64,000 nucleotides of DNA from Macrostomum lignano (Eukaryota): contig NIVC01000659.1 of the NCBI GenBank assembly GCA_002269645.1, forward strand, positions 62,001 through 126,000, in the 5' to 3' direction. A program made the position numbers and the translations under genes. Below, one piece after another: positions 49,896 through 61,997 of this stretch. Numbering within the stretch: the first letter of the stretch is position 1; the number at the start of each line of letters is the position of its first letter. Under the pieces are notes generated by a model. That model had not been told where the DNA came from and made no database searches. It saw only the letters and a program-made list of their open reading frames with translations.

Positions 49896-52800
49896 TCAGC
49901 TGGGCAGGTCCTGATGCTTGATTGCCCACCTGGGAGCGTCGGCTGGCACGGTCCGGTTGCTATAGTGACCGGGCACTCGGACGCAGCGCTGCAGACTGGA
50001 GGCGCGCAACTTCTGCGTGGCAACCCGACGCTGATAAGTCTCGTCCAGGTGCTGCTTCATCTGAGAGACCGTCTCAGACTCCCACACAAGAGAGCGGATT
50101 CGCAGCGCACTGCCGCCGCCGCTGCCGGCCTCGGTGCAGTCAGCGGCATCAGTTGTCTCCTCATCAGAGGAGGTGAACTCGCGGGTGAGCACAGTCTGAT
50201 ATTTGGACATGTCGTCGGAGCTCAGCTCCGGCAACAGGCGTTCGAAAGCTTTCTGCCGACGGGACAACTTCTGTAGGCGTTGAATCCGTGGGGTTTGTTG
50301 AGCCAAATTGTTAACACATTAAACTAATATTGCTTTTGTCAGCCTAACTGAGAACAAAGCCATCCAAAGTGAGAATCCTGCCTACGCTGACTGCGAAGGG
50401 CCTGGCTGCGTGCAGCCTTAGTCTATGGGCCATAGACAATAAAGGACAAGCAAAGTGATAAAAAGCCATCCAATGTGAGAATCGATTGGTCTATGCGTCG
50501 TATTCTTTTATTTTTATACCTTTTTCTGAGCTTCTGAGCCATATGACTAGCCAATCCTAGCTTATCCTTTATAGTCTATGGCTCATAGACTAGGCTGGAC
50601 GCAGCTAGGCCCTTCGTATTCAGCGTAGGCAGGATTCTCACATTGGATGGCTTTTTATCACTTTGCTTATCCTTTAAAGTCTATGGCCCATAGACTAAGG
50701 CTGCACGCAGCCAGGCCCTTCGCAGTCAGCGTAGGCAGGATTCTCACTTTGGATGGCTTTATTCTCAGTTAGGCTGACAAAACCAATACTGGATTAATAA
50801 GGTTCAGTAGTAAGGGGAAAATTATTGATGCAGTCGTAATGTACATTAGCCAGCTTCACTCAGAATGTACATGGCCTAATTTAGCTAAAGGCAGGGGTTG
50901 TGTGCACCCTGGCGCACTTTAAGCGACATTGTCACACAACCGGCGAGAGGCATTGCTGTCTATTCCACCGACTCCCCTGAGCAGGCAGGCAAGCGCTCGG
51001 ATACGTACGCAGGCACACACTCACACAGGAGTGTACAGCGGCCGACTTTATATTTATCGTTAGGCATGTGTTATACTTGTGGTTTTCTCGGGGTGGCCTG
51101 GTAGGTCTTTGAATCCCACCGCTGCCACCAGTGAAATAGAATGGTTTTTCTCGGGGTGGCCTGGTAGGTCTTTGAATCCTACCGCTGCCACCAGTGTTGT
51201 ACCTGCGGTTGTCCTGCTGTACAGCGCAGTGACTTGGGCTCTCCGTCTTCTCACTCGGAAGCCTTCTTAACTCTCTCAGTAGCGTAGGTAGTGCTGCCAC
51301 CAGTTCCTTCAGGTCTCGGCCTTCGATGAGGTGAGCTTCCCGTCGGAACGAAATAAACAAGTCAACGAACTCAGCACAGCGTGCAGATTTGCAGATTAAT
51401 GAACAAGGCGTCCTGATCAGCAGATCCCCGCCGGGCTCAGGGGTGGCTGGGAAGGCAGTGTTAGCCTCCCTTAGGCTTGGGCTTTAGTGGGGTCTCAGTC
51501 AGACCAGTACAAACGGATTCAGTACGCAAAGGGCACTTAGTTAGACACTGACGCACACGGGATCTTAGTGAATTCTCCGCGGATAAGAAGCCATTCCTTG
51601 ACGGAAACAAGGGGAGAGGGGTCCTATTTATAGCCGGGAAACACCCACGCACAAGACCTCGTGACTTGTTCTATTTTTAGAACTGACGTCACTTGAGATC
51701 TCGAGGCAGGGTCTCAGTGCGCGCAAGACCTCGTGACTCGTTCTATTTTTAGAACTGACGTCACTTGAGGTCTCCGGCCAGAGTACACGCGGCTGTGACT
51801 CAGTTGCTATTTTTAGCAACATGAGTCACTCCTCTCCTTAGAGAAGGGAGGGTTCCGAAAGCACGTGATTCTCCCGGTAAACAGGGCCAACGAGTGCAGT
51901 AAACATGTTTACTGCACTTTAGGACTCGAAGAACGCAGAGTCTGTCATGTGACTTGCTCACATGACAGAGGAAAACGGGACGGGAACGAAACAGAGACAG
52001 CCCACAGCAGAGAAGCTGAGGGCTGAGAACAGAGACGCAGAAGGGCAGAACAGGCCAAGGGCAGCAACAGACGGGCCAAGGGGGGTGGGAAGCTGACCAG
52101 CGGCAGACAGCAACCCAGGGCGAGGGCGAGGGAGACTGCTGACAAAGTGGGACGCCTAACATCAACTAGCGGATCACTACACTCTCCCCGTTCAAATGAA
52201 GAGGCGGAGTGAAAGCGAAGCGCGCTTTATTTAATAAACAAAATAGTGATTTTACTAAATAAAATTATTACAAATGCCTGGCAAAAGGATGGCAGTGTCA
52301 CAAGGCATGCAAATTATTACACGGCTGGGCCAAGGTCAGGATTGTGACCCAAAATGGCGAAGCACCAATAGCACCGGTGGGTTGCCCACGCCAAGGCAGA
52401 GCCCTAGAAAATCATAAAATCGGAGGGGCTGGCAAGTCCCTCGGGCGTACGCAGAATCAGGACCTCAGTCCAACAGCGGTTTGGGGGCGCCGGCCCGGAA
52501 AATGGGCGCCTAAATATACGGGATACCATAGACAGCCGGCAGAGCCCGTCACTGGGGAGAAGGGGGATGCAGAACTGCATCAGAGCAACAGCTCACGGGA
52601 AGATAAAAGAGTACGCATTGCGGGGGCGCTGGCCTGCTATTGAGGCGCCACATAAAGTAGAGCAGGGAAAAATCAGAGGGTGCCTGTCAGCACCAAGTCC
52701 ACAGAGTCAGAGTTAATCGCTGCGTTGGGTTGATCGGTGCACGCAGATGCGGGCAGTGCGACTAACATACGTCTTGGCCCTAGGATTAATAATTAGCCTC

Positions 52801-55800
52801 TCAGGCTGCCTACGATTCCTAGCCGGCCTACCGACATCTACAGACCCTAATGACGCTTCCACCGGAGTGGTGCATAACGACGGCCCAGGGGTCTGGACCA
52901 CAGAAAAAGCAGCACTGGGAGCGGGAGCAGAAACGGGCGGAAAAGAAACAGCAGGCATAGACGCATCAAGAACAGGCTTATGCAGATGACATTCACCATA
53001 CGGCACTGGCTCACGCCGAAGTGCACTTGCCTGGTTCGCTGGTGTCGTGACCGGTCCACCTCCTGGCTGCACCTCCGGGATCGCCAAAGGCCGGAAGTGC
53101 CATCGGAAGGCCGGCCTTGCGTCGTAGCCGTCATCATCGTCATCGTCGGGGTCGTCCTGGTCGTCCTCGGGATTGGCGTCAGGGTCGCGGGTCCTGCGCC
53201 GTCGGGGACGTCGGGCGGCCGCCGGCGTTTCTTCGGTTTGTCGACTTCAGGGTCCGAAGTTCTCGTGTAGTCAGCGTCAGGCACGAGCAGAAGGTTCCGG
53301 CGATGGACGACTAGTTCGTCTCGTCTGGCTCTCGGGTTGGGCAGTCTCCGTCGAATCTTGTAGACGACCTCGCCCTTGGGCTCGACGACTTCGTATAGGG
53401 CTTTGCGAGGTCGATGAAACTTCGCCGCCTCATCCGGTTCGAGTACCGGGTTGTTGAGGAAGACCAGATCACCGGGTTGAAGCTTCTTGGCGGCGGGCAG
53501 GTTCGAATAGTGCTCGTCTCGCAGTTGCTGGTGCAGATGCAGGCGCTCCTTGGCTAGCTCAGTCGCCTCGTCCAGGCGACGTTGGAAGTCCTTGACGTAG
53601 TCGGGCAGGTCGGCGTACTCGGGCAGCTTCTTCAGCGCGTTGTCGATCGGGAGTCGGAAATCACGGCCGAACACCAGGTAGTGAGGCGTGAAGCCGGTCA
53701 CCGGGTGCACGCTGGAGCGGAGAGCCATCAGACAGGCCGGGAGGAAGGTGTCCCAGTCGTTGTGGTTGCGCTCGAGCAGACAGGTGAGGACACTCTTCAG
53801 CTGTTTGTTGAGGTTCTCGACTTGTCCGTTGGAAGCTGGATTGTACGGTGTTGTTGTCGTATGCCGAATGCCAAACAGGTCGCAGAACTTCTTGAAGGCT
53901 GAGCCGGTGAAGTTGGTGCCTTGGTCAGTGTGGATCCAGCATGGTACACCGAACTCGGGGATGAAGCGCTCCTGCAGAAGCTTGATGACTGTTTTGGCTT
54001 TCTGGTTTCTCATCGGGTAGGCGAATGGATACTTCGACGTCGCATCGCACAAGGTCAGGATGTAGCGGTTGCCGCTCTTGCTCTTCTGCGCGATTGGTCC
54101 TACTACATCACAGTGGATTCTACCCAGAACTTCGCAAACTGGGAAGCTCTGGACCGGAACTCTCTCTCGCCGTCGCGATTTACTTTCAAGGCAAGTGCGG
54201 CACTTACTGATGAAGGTCTTGGTAGCACGGGCTAATCCGGGTCTCCAGAACCGTTCTCGTAGCCGCAGTAACGTCTTCGTCTCGCCGAGGTGTCCACACA
54301 GTGACGAACTGTGGAGCTCCTGGAGCACCTGGGCGTCAAGGGCCTCAGGCAGAACAACCTTTGGCGGCTGCTGGCCATCGGACAGGTCAATCAGCAGCAG
54401 GCCGTTGTCCTCCTGCAGGTTCTCGTAGTATCCGAGCAGGTTCCGCTGCTCCTTCGTCAGGCGCAACCGGGCGTCGAACTCAGGCTTCGGGGCTTCGTTC
54501 TTGACCAGGTTGAGCACGTAGCTGATGGCTCGGTCAGCGCGCTGGGCTTCAACGAACTGTTGGCGAGTCATCGGCAGCTTCAGAATATCAGTGAGCACAG
54601 CGCGGCATGGCTGAGGGGTCCGGATTCCCGCAGTCTCCGCTTTAATGGCTCCAGGTCGATCACACGGCACCGTCTTGTCGGCGTCAGGATTAGGTCGCTC
54701 CGAGGGACTTTGTCTCGCAACGTCGGCGTACGTCCGTTGATCTCGTTTCGAAGTTCTCATCGTCGCTCTATTGACAGAAAAATCCGCAGATGGAGCAGTG
54801 CACATGCCTCCACTGCCTAGCCCAGGCGACTCTTGGCTGTAGGGCGGGACGCAACACGTGAAGCACGCCTCGTCACTGGCAGCCGTAGCCGTCGGCTCAG
54901 TCGTCGTCAAATCTGGGTGAGTCTTCTCCTGCACTGGGCGGTGTCGCAAAGGGGGAATCGACTTTCCGCACAGGCGATGAGCAGCTGTCTGTCGGCCCGG
55001 GGGACAGAGCTTCGACCTTGCAGCTGGCGCGAGATTCTGGCCCCTGTCAACATGGCGAGAGATCTCAGCGAAAGGCTCAGAAGGGTTGTACTTAGGTTGC
55101 TGTCCTGGAGTTGCGTTGCGGGCCGTCATCAGAAGGGCTGCTGGCGCGGTGGCCTTTGAATCTTGGTCCGTGGGCATCTCCAGATTCCGAGACCGGAAGT
55201 CTTGGGCGTCGTCAAGGAGGTCTGCTTCGGCGGTGGCCTCTAGGACTTCGTCCAGGTTGGTCTCCAGGTAACGGCAGTCGGCGTGGGCATCGCTGCAGAG
55301 GGCTGTCGTCACAGTGGCCTCTGGGTTGTCGTCCAGGCCGATCTCCAGGCGTTGACTGCAGCGGTGGGCGTCGTGCTGGAAGGCTGCTGGCGCGGTGGCT
55401 TCCAGGTCTTCGTCCAGGTCAGTCTCGGCCTCCAGGTAGCGAGGGTGGACAGTCTTCGGGAGGGCTGCTCTGGCAGTGGCCTCGGGTGTCGCGTCCAAGT
55501 CCGTCTCCAGGAAACGTCGGCGCTCAGTCTTGGGGCTGCCGCCGGCACCGGGTTGGGCTGTAGAACCAGGTTGCTTTAGCAGTCGGCCATGCTCGAAGTT
55601 GATCGGTGGTGTCTCCGGTCTTCTTGACAGGGCGTCGGCGTTGGCGTGGTCCTTGCCTTTGCGGTGGTTGAGCTGGAAGCGGAACTCGCTAAGGCGTTCG
55701 ATCCAGCGGCCTAAAATACCTGTGGCCTGAGTTTGGTTCAGTAACCACAGTAAGGCCCGATGATCGGATCGAACTTCAAACTTCTTGCCGATTAAGTAAT

Positions 55801-58800
55801 GACGGAAATGTCGCATAGCGTCCAAAATTGCAAGCAGCTCTTTCTTCGTGACCGTGTAGCGCTTCTCAGGATCGCGAAGTTTACGGCTAAAGAATGCAAT
55901 TGGTCGTTCGACGCCGTCGGATTGCAGTTGTCCAAGGCAAGCGCCTATTCGAATATCAGAGGCATCCGTGTCGAGGACAAACTTCACTGCAGAATCAGAA
56001 TTAAACTCAGGCAGAGCGAGAACTTCAGTAGAACACAGTTTCTTCTTCAGAGTGTCGAACGCGTGCTGATGCTCGGGAGTCCAGTGCTGCCGCAAGCTGC
56101 CAATGTCCTTTCGCGTCAGGGCATGCAGCGGCGCAGCCACTCCAGCGTAGCCGTCGACAAACTTGTGGTAGTAATTGGCGAGGCCTAGGAATTGTCTCAG
56201 TTGAGTAACGGACTGTGGCACGGGCCAATCACGGATCTGCGCAATCTTGTCCTCACAGGTCTTCAGGCCGTCGGGAGTCACGACGTGACCTAAATAATGC
56301 AGCTCCTTGAGGAACAAATGACATTTCTTCGGTTTCACTTTGAGGTTGGCTGCGATGATGCGCTGGAGTACAGTTCGCAGGTTATCCAGCTGTTCCTCGA
56401 AAGTCACTGAGTACACAACGATGTCGTCCATATAGCCAAGCGCAGTCTTTGGCGTCAGGCCGTCCAGGAGCTTATTGATGCAACGCTGAAAGCTGCCGGG
56501 ACTATCGTGGAGACCCATCGGTAGAACGTTAAAACAGAATTGGCCGCGGTCGATTACTGAGAATGCCGTCAAGTGCTGGTCGCAGTCACGCAGCGGGATC
56601 TGCCAGAATCCTTGAGCAAGGTCCAAGCTGGAATACCACTGAGCACCACGAAGCTTTGCGAAGGTTTCCTGGATGTGCGGCAGTGGATACGGGTGATACA
56701 CACACCTGTCGTTGAGAGCTCTGAAGTCGTGGACTAGTCGGATGTTGCCGTCCTTCTTAGGCACGATGAGCATTGGCGAATTGTAGCTCGAGTAGGCAGG
56801 GCGAATGATGTGCTTCGCCAGCATCTCGTCTAGCAGGGCGTCGAGCTTGTCCTTCAGATGAGGCGGAATTCGGCGCGGTGGAAGCGCAACTGGTGTCCGG
56901 TCCTTCAAGATGATCTCGTGGGTCACCAGGTGAGTCAGGCCGGCGTCTAGCGAGTGCTTGGAGAAGGCCGCTTGACATTCGACTAGTAGATCTCGCACTC
57001 TTAGATGTTGTTCTTTGGACAATTCGCTGTTGATCTCGACTTCATCTAGCCATGCTGTGCTGGACTCTTCAGAGTTCTTCGGGAGGTGTCGTACTTCAGG
57101 TTCGGGCGTCTCACTCAGGTACATCAGGTCGGCAGTTCGGAGTGGCGTCGCAACACCAACACGGATACCGGCTTGCAGGAACACCTCGCTGTCGGCGGTG
57201 TTGACGACCTCAATGTAGCCGCGACCTTCAGGCATCGTCATCAGAGCAGGCGCTGCTTCCAGAGCGTTGCAGCTGGGATGCAGCCTCGACTTAACCAGCT
57301 CGACAATTGATGGCGATCCTCGATTCTCAGGGTGGCCGTCATCCAGTCTGACGGCAAGCAACGCTGAACTTCTAGGCGGCAGGGTGCACTTCTCGGAGGT
57401 GTACACTCGGCAGTTCTGAAGCTCACGACGCGAATAGCGAACGGGGATGCACGCGCCGTTGTTAAACTTCAACATTCCTTGAGCGGAGTCCAAGTTCTGG
57501 CAGTGCTCTCGCATAAACGATACGCCAAGCAAGTTTTCACAATCGGAGACCGTGACGAGGAATTCGGTGTCCGCGACGACATCACCGAACTCCACCGGAA
57601 TGGTCACCTTACAAGCAAGTGGGAGCTGCGTCCCATCATACATAGTTACGCAATCGGGAATAGCATGCGATATAATACAACGAGGCATCCGACGTCTAAT
57701 AGCGGCCCAGGTTGACGAACCAAGAAAGTTTTTCCGGCTGCCGCTGTCAAGCAAGAAAGGGACCTCTCGACTCGCAACTCGACCTGTGACGTACGGATCG
57801 GCCTCACGCGCATGGATTTTTTGATTCGGGGAGGTGTCCACGAAACCTCCGCACTCCGCGTCACTTACTGACGAGTGACTGTCGGACTGGGCATTGGCGC
57901 CTGCACAGCCGACATTCTCTTCTTCTGGTGACCTCTCGGAGTCTGCCAAGTAGCCTGGGCTTGGACCTCGCGGAGGGCGGTGCCGTTGTCGCTCTCCGCC
58001 TGGCCGTTTCCCTGGTTCTGGCGCATCGGGCACTGGGCACTGCGGTGACCGGGCTGTCCGCAGCCGTAGCAGATTGTAGTCTTCGCCGGCGGGCTGTTCT
58101 TCTGCTGTTGGTCACGCTGCACCAGGTGATCAAGCAGTCGCTGCTGCTTCTCGATCAAGTCGGTTAGAGTTAGCAAGGCTTGGGCGGTGACGTCGGGCTT
58201 CGGGTCGCCGTCCTGCTCCCCGTCCAACATCCTAACCGGGGGTTGAGCGGTTCGCTGCGCCAATTCTTTGGCGCCTTCTAGTCGTCGTAGTTCTCGAATC
58301 GCAGCAAGAAGATTATTTGGGCGGACCCAGTACAGCCGTTCACGCAGGTCTGGAGTCGTTCGGATACCAGCAAGAAATTGATCAGCAATCTCCTTCTCGC
58401 GGTCTTCAGGGTGCATTCGAGGATACGCACGTTCACCAAGAGTTCTCAGGGCGTCAGCAAACTCTTCTGCTGACTCATTCTTGCATTGTTGACGACGCCT
58501 AAACAGCTCTCTATACTCATCAGCACCACCATGACGGGCAAATCGCTCAATCAGACGCTGCTTGACCTCCTCGTAGCTGGCGAAACGCGGGAGATTCATA
58601 CTAAGCAAAGAAGGATATGCAGTAGCCAAATCAAGACTCGCAATGAGGTGTTGCTTCATCTCGAACGGGTCGACGATGCGCTCCATCTCGCAACGCTGCT
58701 CGAACGCGGCAAGCCAGACATGAATGTCCTGACTTGGAGTATACTTCACAATCTTAACTTGTTTACTCACAGGCCGCTCCATCTGCTGCTGCAGAGCTGC

Positions 58801-61800
58801 CATCATGGTCCTCACGTCCTGGTGCGTGATGTTCCGGCCGATGTTGTCCAGGCCTTGCAGAAGCTCGTCTGGCGGGTCGTCGGACACGTCGCTTCTGGCA
58901 CCTCGCCTCGGCGTCGGCTGCTGACCAAAGTCGTTGATCGCTGCTGCTGCTGCGGCGTCCGCTGCCGCAGGCCTCGAACTGCTGATGTGCTGATCCAGCC
59001 GGCTGCTGCACCGGCTCTCGTCTCGTTCGTTGAACATGTTGAACTCGTAGTAGTTACTGGCCGATGTCGTTCTCGAAAGAGCGGTTGGCTTGGGTGTGTC
59101 GTAGTCGGATCCCACCGCTGCCACCAGTGTTATACTTGTGGTTTTCTCGGGGTGGCCTGGTAGGTCTTTGAATCCCACCGCTGCCACCAGTGAAATAGAA
59201 TGGTTTTTCTCGGGGTGGCCTGGTAGGTCTTTGAATCCTACCGCTGCCACCAGTGTTGTACCTGCGGTTGTCCTGCTGTACAGCGCAGTGACTTGGGCTC
59301 TCCGTCTTCTCACTCGGAAGCCTTCTTAACTCTCTCAGTAGCGTAGGTAGTGCTGCCACCAGTTCCTTCAGGTCTCGGCCTTCGATGAGGTGAGCTTCCC
59401 GTCGGAACGAAATAAACAAGTCAACGAACTCAGCACAGCGTGCAGATTTGCAGATTAATGAACAAGGCGTCCTGATCAGCAGATCCCCGCCGGGCTCAGG
59501 GGTGGCTGGGAAGGCAGTGTTAGCCTCCCTTAGGCTTGGGCTTTAGTGGGGTCTCAGTCAGACCAGTACAAACGGATTCAGTACGCAAAGGGCACTTAGT
59601 TAGACACTGACGCACACGGGATCTTAGTGAATTCTCCGCGGATAAGAAGCCATTCCTTGACGGAAACAAGGGGAGAGGGGTCCTATTTATAGCCGGGAAA
59701 CACCCACGCACAAGACCTCGTGACTTGTTCTATTTTTAGAACTGACGTCACTTGAGATCTCGAGGCAGGGTCTCAGTGCGCGCAAGACCTCGTGACTCGT
59801 TCTATTTTTAGAACTGACGTCACTTGAGGTCTCCGGCCAGAGTACACGCGGCTGTGACTCAGTTGCTATTTTTAGCAACATGAGTCACTCCTCTCCTTAG
59901 AGAAGGGAGGGTTCCGAAAGCACGTGATTCTCCCGGTAAACAGGGCCAACGAGTGCAGTAAACATGTTTACTGCACTTTAGGACTCGAAGAACGCAGAGT
60001 CTGTCATGTGACTTGCTCACATGACAGAGGAAAACGGGACGGGAACGAAACAGAGACAGCCCACAGCAGAGAAGCTGAGGGCTGAGAACAGAGACGCAGA
60101 AGGGCAGAACAGGCCAAGGGCAGCAACAGACGGGCCAAGGGGGGTGGGAAGCTGACCAGCGGCAGACAGCAACCCAGGGCGAGGGCGAGGGAGACTGCTG
60201 ACAAAGTGGGACGCCTAACATCAACTAGCGGATCACTACACATGTACACTTCACTGTACTGTACCTTACGGGTTGGCCCTCAAACTGGGTGTTAATTGCA
60301 CGGACAGACCCATAAAACTGAGATTCCAATTTAGCCCCAAATTAATGTGACTGCACTTGGAATCGAGCCTTGGCCGCTGGCACATCAGAACGCCGCGCTG
60401 GACCAGTGGGCTACTCACCGCTTGAACGCGGAAGCACTTTCTCTGCGTGCGCTTCTTAAACTCGTATCGGTACTGTTCGTCTTGGAAGAACGATGCAACA
60501 GCCGCTGATGATGAAACTGAAACAGACATGATCCGCATGTAAATAAAAATATCATTGCATATGCTAAGAAAAAGGCTATTAACTCGTGTTAGTAAAAGTT
60601 TAGAAAACTTTTTCAGGTTGTGTTTTGGCTCCATCTATACAAGCTTCAATATACAAGTAACAGAAACTATAACGAAAATTCTATACGGTACCCAGGCCAA
60701 GAAGCTAGTAGAGTCAATCTAAGGCGTTTTATTGTCTGCGACTCTGCGTCAGAGTCGCATCTGAGACGTGCCAGAGTTGCTGTAGAATCACTGAGTTGCG
60801 TCCAAAGCGCATCTGAGCCACTTTATGAATTAGAATCGCATTTTGCAAATATAACAACTTTTTGTGTCTACTTAAGTCAGTAGAAAGTAAAGCACAAAAA
60901 CAACGACTTTTGGACGACTTTTTTGCGACTATTTTACGATTCCGCAACTCACGTGATGCGCTCGTGACTCAACAGTCGCCTCTACGTCGCATTTGCAGTC
61001 GTTTGAGTCGTTAAAAAGTCTCAAGAGTCTCCCTAAGGTCGCTTGAGTGACAAGTGAATTGTTTGAAATGACTCTTTAGCTTATCAGCTAAACTTTGCCT
61101 GTTCATAAAATTCACGTCATTAGGGAGGAAATTACTGAGATGTTCTTGGGTGAGAGCGCCAATTGCAGATCTCCAGTGCTTCCAGGACAGCTACAGGTAG
61201 GTACACAGGTACAAAAACTAAATTAAGCAGGTCTCACATTTCAACTGTTCAACAGAGACGCCGCTGGATGGACCGAGATTTGTTGACGCGATGTGATTGA
61301 AAATCTTGTCCGTAACAGCCTGATTGACTGGGTCGTTCCATCTGAAGAAATAAATAAACTAAATTTAGAATTGAAAATTTACACAGCCGATAAAGATGAA
61401 AGGATTGTTGGCAACTCACCGCCGACTCAAATCATACAGATGCAGCTGCTTAGCGGAGCTGCACAAAGCTCGATAGGCCTGCTTAATCAGCTGCTTCACC
61501 TGCTCGGTACTCACTGACGCCAGCTCTCCGACATCGCTACCTTCGATACTGTCGGGGCAGCCGTCTCCTTGCCCGGCGGCCATCAATACAACGCAGTCAT
61601 CATTGTCGCCTTCGCCATAATGTTTAGCTTCGTCTGGCAGAACAAATTCCTGGTCGTTACTGTCTGTAATGTCCAAAGACTCAAACTTCGGTCGCTTTGT
61701 ACAAGTAGGAGGTGAGTCTGGGCGTTGACGCTGACTCCGCTGGTTCTTAGTTGATGAAGCATTGAACGATTGACGCTTAGACAGATCCTCCAACTGAGCG

Positions 61801-61997
61801 CAGGTGCTGCTGACTCCGGGCTCCAGGATGGTCAGCACCCTGCCGTGCAGACTGCCAATGATGCGCAGTGCGGACACCAGCTCCGGGAGAGACATGCTCT
61901 CCAGCAGCATGTCCGCATTATTCATGGTGCATTCGAACAGTGTTAAAGAATTAAATGCTGGGGCAGAAGCCACCGCCGGAGACGCTGCCGTAGCCAT
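49896..61997 (-). CDS. C14orf93-like protein; exons 61997-61420, 61341-61238, 60504(or 60516)-60419, 50270-49896
   Basis: Phase-consistent GT-AG junctions: ..YDLSRR|WNDPVNQAVTDKI..EQLK|SAVASFF..RVQA|KLSRRQKAF..FTSSDEE..LVWESETV..LDE..R....S.R..P...P.WAI. The family call is from motif recall. Intron 3 contains a foldback, a SINE and the Gypsy element. Confidence 0.7.
50328..50788. mobile_element. Foldback element with about 155-bp inverted arms and an extra internal subunit copy
   Basis: TATTGCTTTTGTCAGCCTAACTGAG...GTGAGAATC is mirrored at 50633-50788. Confidence 0.8.
50890..51068 (-). mobile_element. 3' part of a SINE split by the Gypsy insertion (5' part at 60245-60418)
   Basis: Colinear with the 37418-37784 SINE, which reads ..TAGGCATGTACACTTCACTG.. 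across the insertion point. Confidence 0.88.
51069..52181 (-). repeat. 3' LTR
   Basis: Direct repeat of 59128-60240, preceded on the minus strand by the PPT AACGGGGAGAG (52182-52192). Confidence 0.96.
52713..58033 (-). CDS. pol: Gypsy Pol (protease, RT, RNase H, long insert, integrase); -1 frame relative to gag; probable 1-nt frameshift near 53190 so the native C-terminus ends at 52713
   Basis: FLLDSGS (PR), YMDDIVVYS (RT), VLDTDAS..IGACL (RH), H..GH..C..C and CDVVGP..HTDQG..ENLNK (IN). The alternative frame continues DPDANPEDD...RPARNRRQPERL*. Confidence 0.93.
57865..59037 (-). CDS. gag: Gypsy Gag with CCHC zinc knuckle
   Basis: First ATG after the PBS at 59037; capsid-like region (WLAAFEQ..QQCKNESAEEF); CYGCGQPGHRSAQC. 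Confidence 0.9.
   Translation of the reverse strand: MFNERDESRCSSRLDQHISSSRPAAADAAAAAAINDFGQQPTPRRGARSDVSDDPPDELLQGLDNIGRNITHQDVRTMMAALQQQMERPVSKQVKIVKYTPSQDIHVWLAAFEQRCEMERIVDPFEMKQHLIASLDLATAYPSLLSMNLPRFASYEEVKQRLIERFARHGGADEYRELFRRRQQCKNESAEEFADALRTLGERAYPRMHPEDREKEIADQFLAGIRTTPDLRERLYWVRPNNLLAAIRELRRLEGAKELAQRTAQPPVRMLDGEQDGDPKPDVTAQALLTLTDLIEKQQRLLDHLVQRDQQQKNSPPAKTTICYGCGQPGHRSAQCPMRQNQGNGQAESDNGTALREVQAQATWQTPRGHQKKRMSAVQAPMPSPTVTRQ
58006..58012 (-). promoter_or_regulatory. -1 ribosomal frameshift slippery heptamer G GGA AAC
   Basis: XXXYYYZ in the gag frame (Q-G-N) within the gag/pol overlap, followed by a GCGGAG...CTCCGC stem. Confidence 0.75.
59109..59126 (-). promoter_or_regulatory. 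Primer-binding site complementary to the tRNA-Leu 3' end
   Basis: TGGTGGCAGCGGTGGGAT (18 nt), one base after the 5' LTR. It is complementary to ..AUCCCACCGCUGCCACCA of eukaryotic tRNA-Leu(AAG/UAG type). Confidence 0.88.
59128..60240 (-). repeat. 5' LTR, with minus-strand TATAAATA at 59691-59684 and duplicated TGACGTCA-containing blocks
   Basis: Direct repeat of 51069-52181. Confidence 0.96.
60245..60418 (-). mobile_element. 5' (tRNA-head) part of the split SINE
   Basis: Minus strand TAGCCCACTGG...GGCTCGATTCC, colinear with 37620-37780. Confidence 0.85.

Larger units (their letters stand above)
51069..60240 (-). mobile_element. Full-length Ty3/Gypsy LTR retrotransposon (9172 bp)
   Basis: Two 1113-bp LTRs (TG...CA), apparently identical; 4-bp TSD CATG (51065-51068, 60241-60244); PBS, PPT, gag and pol in PR-RT-RH-IN order. 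Confidence 0.97.

Noticed and set aside
51461-52643. ORFs in the LTR and 3' UTR as a possible env or accessory gene
   Set aside because: They are short, mostly start at non-ATG codons, and have no signal-peptide/TM architecture. Only about 530 bp separate the pol end from the PPT.
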